IMG/VR virus record: IMGVR_UViG_3300026549_000368
Coordinates: 1-15,323 of that record
Strand: one strand, 5' to 3'
Length of the DNA stretch: 15,323 nucleotides
Origin: a virus
Shown here one piece after another: positions 8,460 through 15,323 of the stretch. Every line of letters begins with the position of its first letter. Within the stretch, counting starts at the first letter, position 1. The position numbers were made by a program, and so were the translations under genes. The notes below the pieces were generated by a model, which was given only the letters and a program-made list of their open reading frames with translations, had not been told where the DNA came from and did not search any database.

Positions 8460-9312
8460 TATCGCCCACCTCACTTTCTATTTCAAAATTTTCTTCTGAT
8501 GTTGGTAAACCGTCATAGTATTTTACTTCAATATCTGTACCAAATTTTATATTTATTTCATCAATAGCTTTTTTTCTTGGTTCAAAACGACTATAACGAC
8601 TCGCAATTGTTCCACCTTGTGAAGCTAGAACTTCATCTTTAATATTACGTTCTTTTTTCTGAAAATTCATATTAGCAATACCAATTAATCTTAAAAATTC
8701 ATTCCAGTCTTTTTCTTTATGCAAGTCAATTTTGTCTGCAACATATGGTGCCGGTGCTAATACTAATGTTGTATCATCTAGATCCAATTCCTCATATGCA
8801 ATTACCGTATTTTCCATACCGTCTACGTTATTTACTAAATCTTGTATTGATTTTACTTTTTCCGTTTTTGTTTTCCAGAATCTAGGTGTTTTTTGCTGTG
8901 CAATATTAATATCAATAGTTCTTGTATCTAATGCGATGCGTTCTGCGTATGCACAAACATCTAACCATAACGGATAACGACCATTATTATCATACATAAT
9001 AACAAAATCATCACGATTTTTAATAACCTTACTGTATCCATTTTGTGATATTACTTCTATGCTAGTTGGTCTACCATAAACATCTAATTTACCCATTTTA
9101 CGAAAAGGAAGTGCCAAAAGCCCCATTACTTCATCTTTAAAAAATGCAATAGCACCTTGTCTTAGTAAAACTTTATTTAGAAAACTTGTGTCAATAAATT
9201 CCGGCATATTTGTAAATTCAAAAACATTTTCTGCAAGTGTTAGTAATTGCCTTTTATACATTTCATAAGTTTTAAAATTAGATAATTGGCTATTAATTAA
9301 TTTAGTTTTCAT
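8443..9312 (-). CDS. Upper collar / portal protein (gp10-like connector)
   Basis: MKTKLINSQLSNFKTYEMYKRQLLTLAENVFEF...FLNKVLLRQGAIAFFKDE...; start at 9312 after aaaggaag RBS rather than 9372. Confidence 0.82.
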   Translation of the reverse strand: MKTKLINSQLSNFKTYEMYKRQLLTLAENVFEFTNMPEFIDTSFLNKVLLRQGAIAFFKDEVMGLLALPFRKMGKLDVYGRPTSIEVISQNGYSKVIKNRDDFVIMYDNNGRYPLWLDVCAYAERIALDTRTIDINIAQQKTPRFWKTKTEKVKSIQDLVNNVDGMENTVIAYEELDLDDTTLVLAPAPYVADKIDLHKEKDWNEFLRLIGIANMNFQKKERNIKDEVLASQGGTIASRYSRFEPRKKAIDEINIKFGTDIEVKYYDGLPTSEENFEIESEVGDNDSDL

Positions 9313-9333
9313 TTTTTCTTCCTTTCTAAAATA

Positions 9334-9369
9334 GAGGCTAAAAGTTAGCAATGGCTTACTTCTAACCTC
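9334..9369 (-). promoter_or_regulatory. Long imperfect hairpin between capsid gene and portal gene (attenuator/processing candidate)
   Basis: Minus-strand RNA GAGGUUAGAAGUAAGCC-AUU-GCUAACUUUUAGCCUC, about 15 pairs with two G.U and one mismatch, followed by UAUUUU. Confidence 0.6.
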
Positions 9370-9383
9370 CATTTTTAATATAT

Positions 9384-11043
9384 TTAAGCAACTGTAATTG
9401 TTGCAGTTCCTGTTACTGTTTTATCATAAATTGATGTTGCAGTAACTGTTACTGTACTTGCAGATACTGCTGTAGAAGGTAACGTTAAATATCCATTATC
9501 TGATATTGTAACGCCAGCTGCTTCTGCTGTAGAATCGACTGCCCAGTGAACTGCTTTATTTGCAAATCCTACTGTTACTACTGTTGCAGTTAACTGTACA
9601 CCTTGACCAGCTGTTACTGTTGCAGTACTTGGACTTACTGTTACACTTGTAACTGATGGTGTTTCACTTGTAAATACGGCTCCATTTTCAAATGGTGATG
9701 TACTAAATACTCTCCACTAAACATTCGACTAAGTTCGTTACTCTTAATCCGTTCTCTTATGAACTGCTATATATTTCTATATAGAATAGACTATCTCTTA
9801 ATCTTCAGCATTATCTGTTAAGATTTCTCGCGCTTCCAATCTACTTAGATTGTACTTCCCCTATGGGAATAGTCGTTACACCTTCCAATTTCTTGGCTTG
9901 GCACGGTATTTCCTACGACTTTACGTTTAGGTTTCCACCGTTTTCACGAGATTTTTTATCAATAACATTTCTGTTAAAGTCGCCTAGTTTTTAAGGTTAA
10001 GCGTGTAAAAAGTGATTGTTTTCTAATGTTGTTGGATTATAAAATTCTGTCATTTTTTCACCAGAAGCAGTATCTAATGCATAATCATAATCCATAAACC
10101 ATTCTCTTGAAATTAATACTGCTGGAACTGTCGCAAGTTCTTGAAGCTCTGTGCTAGTAAATGCAGTATATGCGCTTCCTAATAGCTCTGTAAGTCGGCT
10201 AGAATCATGATTGTCAAATCCATCAATTAGAACTAATCTTGCTTTCATATCAGCTTCATCTTTGAAGAAAGATGTTGCTAAAACGTCTGTACTAAAATCT
10301 GCCTCAAATTCAGTGTTTACTATTAATATTTGATCATCAAATGAAGTTGCTCTTCTTACACCTGCTGGGTTGTAATTTGGACTTCTAAATGTAAATTTAT
10401 TTGATGTAGATTTTAAGTTTGCAACTCTTTGACGTGGTGTTAAGCTTGAATAGTTATTAATTTTAATAGATGTCATTGTTCCATCTAGTATTCTTCTACA
10501 TAACATATATTTGTCAACTATATATGTATCATATTTTAAAGATTCATAAAGCATTGATATACAATTATCAATATAACTAAATAAGTCTTCTGTTTCAAAC
10601 GCCATTGCAAGTTGACTGTCACTTGTTGTAGTTTGATAGTATTTTTGGAAATTTACTTCATGCATATAGTTAAATACGTTTGGAACTACTGTATCTAAAA
10701 ATTTGTCTTTATCTGAAAAATTTGTATTATAATCATATACATTACATAAATCGTTTATTATTTCTCTTATTTGTTGACCAAATCTTAATGTACCTCTTTT
10801 TGTAAAATCCCATGGATTATCCCATGCGTTTCTTTTTATTACTGTTAACCCAATTAAATTTACAGTATTTATAAATGCGTTTCTATATCTTTGATTGTTT
10901 AAAATTATTTTACCAATTGGTGCAATTGAAGCTCCTTGAACTGGTAAGTCAATTTCTCCAGAAAGTTCTGGTGTTACATTAATTATGTAACTTAATAATT
11001 CAGCACTTGTATTTGCTGATAAAGCTTTTTGTGATTTACTCAT
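9384..11043 (-). CDS. Major capsid protein with C-terminal Ig-like domain: complement(join(9384..9716,10000..11043)), 458 aa after splicing
   Basis: Exon 1 348 codons, exon 2 333 nt ending TAA; joined ...PTTLENNHFLHA|WRVFSTSPFENGAVFTSETPSVTSVTVSPSTATVTAGQGVQLTATV... is typical of a phi29-like MCP core followed by BIG2-like domain. Confidence 0.88.
9717..9999 (-). ncRNA. Group I intron (IA-like), 283 nt, no internal ORF
   Basis: Minus strand: IGS aggcg (9981-9985) pairs with exon cgcU (U.G at splice); ggtggaaacctaaacgtaaagtcgtaggaaataccgtgccaagcc; P7 halves GACTAT (9869-9874) / ATAGTC (9789-9794) in gtgtaacgactattccc and aagagatagtct; ends in G at 9717. Frame restored exactly. Confidence 0.92.
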
Positions 11044-11057
11044 ATTAAATTCCCCCT

Positions 11058-11366
11058 TTAAATTTCTTTAACATCAATAATTTCTTCTTCTTTTAAATCT
11101 TCGTCATCTTCTTTTTCGTCTTCTTTGACTTCTTCACCTTTTAAAAATCTTTCTTTGTATCTAGCTTTTAAATCCATTATAAAAGCTTTTTCGTTTGCTA
11201 TTTGAGCTTCTAAATCTGCTTTTTCAGCTTCAAATCTAGCTTCATATTCTTTAATTGCTTCATCATTAAAAGAATCTTCAATATCTTCTAATAATTCGAT
11301 TTTTAAATCTTCATCTTCTATTTTTTCATCAATTTTCTTTTTTAGTTCTTCTTTACTTAATTTCAT
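11058..11366 (-). CDS. Small acidic coiled-coil protein, scaffold candidate (gp7-like position)
   Basis: MKLSKEELKKKIDEKIEDEDLKIELLEDIEDSF... immediately upstream of the capsid gene. Confidence 0.6.
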   Translation of the reverse strand: MKLSKEELKKKIDEKIEDEDLKIELLEDIEDSFNDEAIKEYEARFEAEKADLEAQIANEKAFIMDLKARYKERFLKGEEVKEDEKEDDEDLKEEEIIDVKEI

Positions 11367-11370
11367 ATTC

Positions 11371-11601
11371 TCACCTTCTTTCATCTAATTTTTCACATAA
11401 TTTTGTTAGAGCTATTGTGTTATTATTTAAAGCTGTCTTTATTTCTTCTTTAAATTCTAACATTTCTTTGCTATGCTGTTCATTTAATTCTTTGACATCC
11501 TCACGATTGTTATTAGTTTGTTCCTTTACATATATTGCCATTGATATACAAGCAATAATCGGAAAACCTAAAGTGCCTATTAATTGAACATAATTATCCA
11601 T
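11371..11601 (-). CDS. Small N-terminal TM protein, YvrJ/holin-like
   Basis: MDNYVQLIGTLGFPIIACISMAIYVKEQTNNN plus C-terminal coiled coil. Confidence 0.5.
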   Translation of the reverse strand: MDNYVQLIGTLGFPIIACISMAIYVKEQTNNNREDVKELNEQHSKEMLEFKEEIKTALNNNTIALTKLCEKLDERR

Positions 11602-11617
11602 TTAACCACCTCCAACT

Positions 11618-12247
11618 TTATTTTATAGGTCCAACTATAAAATTTCCTGTTCCTTGATTAGTGTGAAAAGTGTTATTTACTAAATCATATAATCCAGCCA
11701 CGTTATCCGATTTTCTATAACAAGGTATAAAATTTCTTTTAATTATTCCATTGTTACTAATTATTATCTCTCCTATTTTACCTATTAAATTAGCAGTATT
11801 ATTAGCTCTTCGGAAAATATTTAATGTTGTATTTACAGCTCCACCATAATCAGCATTTACTTTTAAAACATTATTAATATATAAATTACCATTTAAAACC
11901 TTTATATTTCCATTTGTTATACTTGGAAAAGAAAATGCAGCTGCGTTTCCTGCTTGAAAATACTTATAATAACAAAAACTTCCTGATCCTATCAATATTA
12001 ATTGATAACTTTCTGTTCCAGCAGAGAAAAGAACTCCATTAAAAGTATTAATTGTTACATTTTTAAATTCTAAATCATCACCTTGTACAGGTGTATAATT
12101 AGTATCAATATACTGTGTTCCTGTGCTCTCCAAATATTCTACTTCTGTATATTCACTTGGAATATCAATAGATCCATATTTATTATATAGAAATTTTTTT
12201 AAATAAGCTGGAATGTTCATTTTTGCTAAAAAATATTTATTTATCAT
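11618..12247 (-). CDS. LamG/concanavalin-like putative head-fibre or adhesion protein
   Basis: EYTEVEYLESTGTQYIDTNYTP...LIGKIGEIIISNNGIIKRNFIPCYRKSDNVAGLYDLVNNTFHTNQGTGNF signature common to phage carbohydrate-binding-like proteins. Confidence 0.6.
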   Translation of the reverse strand: MINKYFLAKMNIPAYLKKFLYNKYGSIDIPSEYTEVEYLESTGTQYIDTNYTPVQGDDLEFKNVTINTFNGVLFSAGTESYQLILIGSGSFCYYKYFQAGNAAAFSFPSITNGNIKVLNGNLYINNVLKVNADYGGAVNTTLNIFRRANNTANLIGKIGEIIISNNGIIKRNFIPCYRKSDNVAGLYDLVNNTFHTNQGTGNFIVGPIK

Positions 12248-12533
12248 TTATAATCACTTCCTCATCTTTAGTAATTTCATTAGTTTTAACTTCATTATCA
12301 TTCTCAATGATATTCTCTTTAGTAATTTTATTATTTTTTTGATTGTTTTCATTTTGCTGATTTTCACTTTGTCCACTTTCTACATCTGAATTATACCACG
12401 TTCCTTTATAGTAAATATATAATTCGCCTGTGTCTATTATATAACAGGTTGAACCGTCATTGATATTTGCACTATCTGGCATCGATTCATTTTCTAAACG
12501 AACAAAGTCAATTCTATATTTTAAGTCGATCAT
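12237..12533 (-). CDS. Small putative head-fibre-like/structural protein
   Basis: MIDLKYRIDFVRLENESMPDSANINDGSTCYIIDTGELYIYYKGTWYNS; start revised to the ATG after agagggtgataat. Confidence 0.45.
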   Translation of the reverse strand: MIDLKYRIDFVRLENESMPDSANINDGSTCYIIDTGELYIYYKGTWYNSDVESGQSENQQNENNQKNNKITKENIIENDNEVKTNEITKDEEVIINDK

Positions 12534-12549
12534 ATTATCACCCTCTTTA

Positions 12550-12579
12550 ATTATATGCATATTTTTAAGTTTTTGTCAA
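12550..12579 (-). promoter_or_regulatory. Strong consensus promoter for the leftward structural operon (TTGACA-18-TATAAT)
   Basis: Minus strand ttgacaaaaacttaaaaatatgcatataat; -35 at 12574-12579, -10 at 12550-12555. Confidence 0.8.
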
Positions 12580-12582
12580 TAC

Positions 12583-12618
12583 AAAAAAGCGAACATTTAT
12601 AAAAATGTTCGCTTTTGT
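12583..12618 (-). terminator. Intrinsic terminator overlapping the 3' end of the tail lysozyme gene
   Basis: aaaagcgaacattt (12585-12598) - ataa - aaatgttcgctttt (12603-12616), perfect 14-bp stem with flanking A/T runs. Confidence 0.88.
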
Positions 12619-13220
12619 CTTAATTTTTTCATATAAAATACCCATGGAAATTTTTTCTTTTTTACTTGCGTTGGTTGCGGCGGAATAACACCTCCCAAAA
12701 ATTGATACCAAATTTCTGCTTGTTGCCCTCTTTGTGGCTGGTTTGGATTTAATGGCCTTTCATAATTTGATAAAAACGCCATAGCTAGATTATATGGTGT
12801 ATCTGTTGAATGTGTAAAATCTGAAAATGAATAATTATATTGTGTAGTTGGAATCCATTGTAAATTATTTGATACTTCATATATAATTCTACTCAAATTA
12901 TTATCCATTGTTGATGGATCTCCCTGAACCCAATTTGTATATTTTGTATATGGTGTCCATTGAACTAAACCATATCCGGAATCAGTTGGATCAGTTGGCA
13001 TGACTATGTCATTTTGCCAACGTCCTGGATTTATAGCACTTTCACTTTGCATATTTCCTAACATTCCAGCTACTGCATTCATTGACCAACCTTGATCTCT
13101 TAAATAATTCCATATATATGTTGCGTTTAACTCTTGCTCTGATTGCGTTAATGTATTTGATGAATTATACGTATTTCCGTAATATTGCCCATATTGTCCA
13201 GTTCTTAACTCTAATCCCAT
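12597..13220 (-). CDS. Tail-associated lysozyme / morphogenesis protein (gp13-like N-terminal domain)
   Basis: NATYIWNYLRDQGWSMNAVAGMLGNMQSESAINPGRWQ...GYGLVQWTPYTKYTNWV pattern of phage tail lysozyme domain. Confidence 0.87.
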   Translation of the reverse strand: MGLELRTGQYGQYYGNTYNSSNTLTQSEQELNATYIWNYLRDQGWSMNAVAGMLGNMQSESAINPGRWQNDIVMPTDPTDSGYGLVQWTPYTKYTNWVQGDPSTMDNNLSRIIYEVSNNLQWIPTTQYNYSFSDFTHSTDTPYNLAMAFLSNYERPLNPNQPQRGQQAEIWYQFLGGVIPPQPTQVKKKKFPWVFYMKKLRQKRTFL

Positions 13221-13230
13221 TATTACACCT

Positions 13231-13977
13231 CTATTTTATATATATTTCTTTTTTATATATTCCTGCGACATATCCGCTTGGTATTTCTAGCCATATATCA
13301 TTATTAATATTTATTACATCTAAACATGTGACAGTAGTTCCTTTCATTAATACTGCATATTCTTGCTTGTATGCATGTTGTTTACCATCATATGTTAATT
13401 CGTCATACTTTTTTACTGGATTATTTGTTCCAGGTCCACTTCTAACATTTAAATCTTCTTGTAAAACATAATCATTTCCTTTTATATATTTATCCACATA
13501 TTCTTGATTATCTTCTCTGTCATATTTTGTTAGATTATTTGAATATATAATTGACATAATTGTATCAATATATGTTGGACTAGTTGCGTATCCACCATTT
13601 TTTATTTCTGTTATACATTCTAATGGACTACTTGATGTACAAGCTTTTCTATATCTTTCTAATTTTGTTATTAAGTCGAAATAGTCGGAAATTGATTCTT
13701 CTAAACTATTATAAGCTCTAAAACATGCATTAATATTTGTATATGAACTTCCGTCATAACATTCTTGCGTTTGTGCATTATATACTTTTCCTTTCCAATC
13801 TGAAAATGCTTTTATTCCGAAAATTGCATTTGCTTTCATCATTATTTGTGACCCGCCCCAACCGCTTTCACATATTGCTTGCGCAATTACTACACTAGAA
13901 AATAATGGATTTCCTCTTTTTTGATTTTCCTTTACAACTAAAGGTGCTATTGTTAAAATAAATTCACTCCTGTTCAT
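13231..13977 (-). CDS. Endolysin: glucosaminidase (FlgJ-like) domain plus SH3-like domain
   Basis: FSSVVIAQAICESGWGGSQIMMKANAIFGIKA...YDGSSYTNINACFRAYNSLEESISDY...LNVRSGPGTNNPV. Confidence 0.88.
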   Translation of the reverse strand: MNRSEFILTIAPLVVKENQKRGNPLFSSVVIAQAICESGWGGSQIMMKANAIFGIKAFSDWKGKVYNAQTQECYDGSSYTNINACFRAYNSLEESISDYFDLITKLERYRKACTSSSPLECITEIKNGGYATSPTYIDTIMSIIYSNNLTKYDREDNQEYVDKYIKGNDYVLQEDLNVRSGPGTNNPVKKYDELTYDGKQHAYKQEYAVLMKGTTVTCLDVININNDIWLEIPSGYVAGIYKKEIYIK

Positions 13978-14074
13978 GACTCTCCTCCTTCTTATTAATT
14001 ATACCAGATATTATAAAATTTTCAATATTAAAATCTTTTGCTTTTCCTATAAATCCTATTATTATCTTTTTCAT
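13964..14074 (-). CDS. Hypothetical small protein
   Basis: Own translation MKKIIIGFIGKAKDFNIENFIISGIINKKEESHEQE; overlaps endolysin start. Weak. Confidence 0.3.
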   Translation of the reverse strand: MKKIIIGFIGKAKDFNIENFIISGIINKKEESHEQE

Positions 14075-14077
14075 AGA

Positions 14078-14245
14078 TTAGTCCTCCTTCTTATGCTTAA
14101 ATTTTTCTATTAATTCCTTTATTGACAATATAATCCATAATATCAAAAATGTTCCTCCAAAAATTTCAATTATTCCTATAATGTTATCTAAAAAACTTAA
14201 TTGATATTGTCCTTTTGTTATCCATCCAAACAATAACTCTTTCAT
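14078..14245 (-). CDS. Small single-TM protein, holin candidate
   Basis: Own translation MKELLFGWITKGQYQLSFLDNIIGIIEIFGGTFLILWIILSIKELIEKFKHKKED, directly upstream of endolysin. Confidence 0.55.
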   Translation of the reverse strand: MKELLFGWITKGQYQLSFLDNIIGIIEIFGGTFLILWIILSIKELIEKFKHKKED

Positions 14246-14262
14246 ATATCTACTCCTTTTTT

Positions 14263-14472
14263 CTAAGTTAATGATATTTTGTATCCTTTAGGTTGTACAA
14301 TATCTTTTTCAGAATCATATATAAATACTGTTATAAATTCTATTTCAGCACTTTCAACATATTTGAAATCTAAACTATTAATCATTTCAACAAATTTTTC
14401 TTTTGTTATGTATGTTTTCGGTGAAATTATTTTTCTTTCTTTTTTATCATAAACATTTATATTATCTTCCAT
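14263..14472 (-). CDS. Hypothetical early protein
   Basis: 69 aa, aaggag RBS upstream. Confidence 0.55.
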   Translation of the reverse strand: MEDNINVYDKKERKIISPKTYITKEKFVEMINSLDFKYVESAEIEFITVFIYDSEKDIVQPKGYKISLT

Positions 14473-14475
14473 TTT

Positions 14476-14778
14476 CTACTCCTTTTCTAAAAGTGATTGT
14501 AAAACACTTATTTGACCTAATAAGCAATTCATACTTTCTTTATAAATAAATTTATCTTTATTAGCTTTTAATTCTAACTCTTTTTCAAAGCTATATAATA
14601 TTTCTCTACATGCTTCTATTTTTGTTTTTATTTTGTTTTCCCACTTTTTATCATTGTTTTCTATTTCTTTAAATAAATTTTCAATTATTTTTACTTGTTC
14701 TTTATTAAGATAAATAAATTTATTCATTTCAATTTTTTCTTTTAAACATTTAATTTCTTTCTTTTCTTCGTCTGTCAT
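14476..14778 (-). CDS. Hypothetical early protein, coiled-coil
   Basis: MTDEEKKEIKCLKEKIEM..., aggagg RBS upstream. Confidence 0.6.
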   Translation of the reverse strand: MTDEEKKEIKCLKEKIEMNKFIYLNKEQVKIIENLFKEIENNDKKWENKIKTKIEACREILYSFEKELELKANKDKFIYKESMNCLLGQISVLQSLLEKE

Positions 14779-14790
14779 TGATTATTCCTC

Positions 14791-14967
14791 CTAACATATT
14801 TTTTGAATATAATAGTAAGTTGTATTTCCTTCTTTATCTGCTTCTACATCAGTTAGTATTATTTTTCCTTCTTTAAATGCTGTTAAGAATAGTTCTCTAT
14901 CTTGTTTTAAATAATCATCATTATCCATTTTTAAATTTTCGATTGCTTTTCTTTCTTCATCTGACAT
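14791..14967 (-). CDS. Hypothetical small early protein
   Basis: Own translation MSDEERKAIENLKMDNDDYLKQDRELFLTAFKEGKIILTDVEADKEGNTTYYYIQKIC; ggggagg RBS. Not in the supplied ORF track. Confidence 0.55.
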   Translation of the reverse strand: MSDEERKAIENLKMDNDDYLKQDRELFLTAFKEGKIILTDVEADKEGNTTYYYIQKIC

Positions 14968-14970
14968 TGT

Positions 14971-15135
14971 TTATTCCTCCCCTTGATAAAAATAATTATT
15001 TGCTTTTGCAACTAGCCATAACCATAATAATGATACTGCTTTTAATAAAATTATTGATAATGTTATTTTATTTACTTCTCCTATTAATATAATAAATGCA
15101 AGCATTGATATTATTGTAATTAAAATCTTTTTCAT
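14971..15135 (-). CDS. Small membrane protein
   Basis: MKKILITIISMLAFIILIGEVNKITLSIILLKAVSLLWLWLVAKANNYFYQGEE; start revised from 15201 because the upstream part is in the inverted repeat leader. Confidence 0.55.
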   Translation of the reverse strand: MKKILITIISMLAFIILIGEVNKITLSIILLKAVSLLWLWLVAKANNYFYQGEE

Positions 15136-15138
15136 CAA

Positions 15139-15323
15139 AAAAACCCTTCTTTCTTGCGACGGACGCAACCCAAAATTCAAGATAATCACTTGATAACACA
15201 ATTTGCATTAAGGTACACAACCCAAATTCAAGATAATCACTTGATAATTATATGATAACACAATTTGGATTAAATGTCAATAGTTTTTTGAAAATTTGTG
15301 TTAATTTGTCTTTTTCCGAACAA
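15139..15323 (-). repeat. Right terminal inverted repeat
   Basis: Reverse complement matches 15..198; the outermost 14 nt of the left end (aaaatatgatacgt) have no counterpart, so the right end is probably slightly truncated. Confidence 0.97.
15240..15268 (-). promoter_or_regulatory. Right early promoter (same TTGACA-17-TATCAT in the right repeat)
   Basis: Mirror copy of the left promoter; + strand shows atgata...tgtcaa. Coordinates approximate. Confidence 0.78.

Noticed and set aside
6754-8977. Plus-strand ORFs 6754..6963, 6914..7096, 8032..8217, 8732..8977
   Set aside because: Antisense to convincing structural genes, compositionally biased translations.
9400-9660. Separate gene for the Ig-like segment downstream of the capsid ORF
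   Set aside because: No start codon with RBS; it is in frame with capsid exon 1 once the group I intron is removed.
11371-11373. UGA read as tryptophan (code 4)
   Set aside because: UGA terminates the 11371..11601 gene just before the next gene's RBS/start region, and ordinary TGG codons are used for Trp elsewhere.
13082-15092. Plus-strand ORFs 13082..13471 and 14877..15092
   Set aside because: Antisense to lysin and early genes; hydrophobic low-complexity translations typical of reverse reading of AT-rich DNA.
1-15323. CRISPR arrays, retrons, tRNA genes, integrase or transposase
   Set aside because: No repeat-spacer array, RT motif, tRNA-like cloverleaf or recombinase motif seen by eye.

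Overview
The window looks like an essentially complete, AT-rich 15.3 kb linear genome of a small phi29-like (protein-primed, Picovirinae/Salasmaviridae/Guelinviridae-type) podovirus. Near-identical terminal inverted repeats of about 185 bp (15..198 / 15139..15323) each carry a sigma70/A-type promoter firing inward and a tandemly duplicated leader/operator. The left arm (+) encodes SSB, putative terminal protein, family-B protein-primed DNA polymerase, a small HTH-like protein, a gp16-like packaging ATPase and a gp9-like tail protein. The right arm (-) encodes small early ORFs, a holin candidate, glucosaminidase endolysin, gp13-like tail lysozyme, fibre-like proteins, scaffold candidate, major capsid protein, portal and lower collar, and tail appendage. 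The arms converge on a bidirectional terminator at ~6073-6096. Two observations stand out. (1) The DNA polymerase gene is split into four frames needing exactly three +1 shifts. Each falls at an in-frame CGG codon (1193, 1929, 2428), and skipping the C gives a Gly codon (GGC/GGT/GGA) and restores conserved motifs. By my manual scan these are the only in-frame CGG codons in the genome, which suggests a CGG-programmed +1 frameshift system, with sequence error or gene decay as the competing explanations. (2) The major capsid gene is interrupted by a 283-nt ORF-less group I intron (9717..9999, minus strand). It starts with an in-frame UAA, and precise removal joins ...ENNHFLHA to WRVFSTSPFENGAVF... 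plus a C-terminal Ig-like (BIG2-like) domain.
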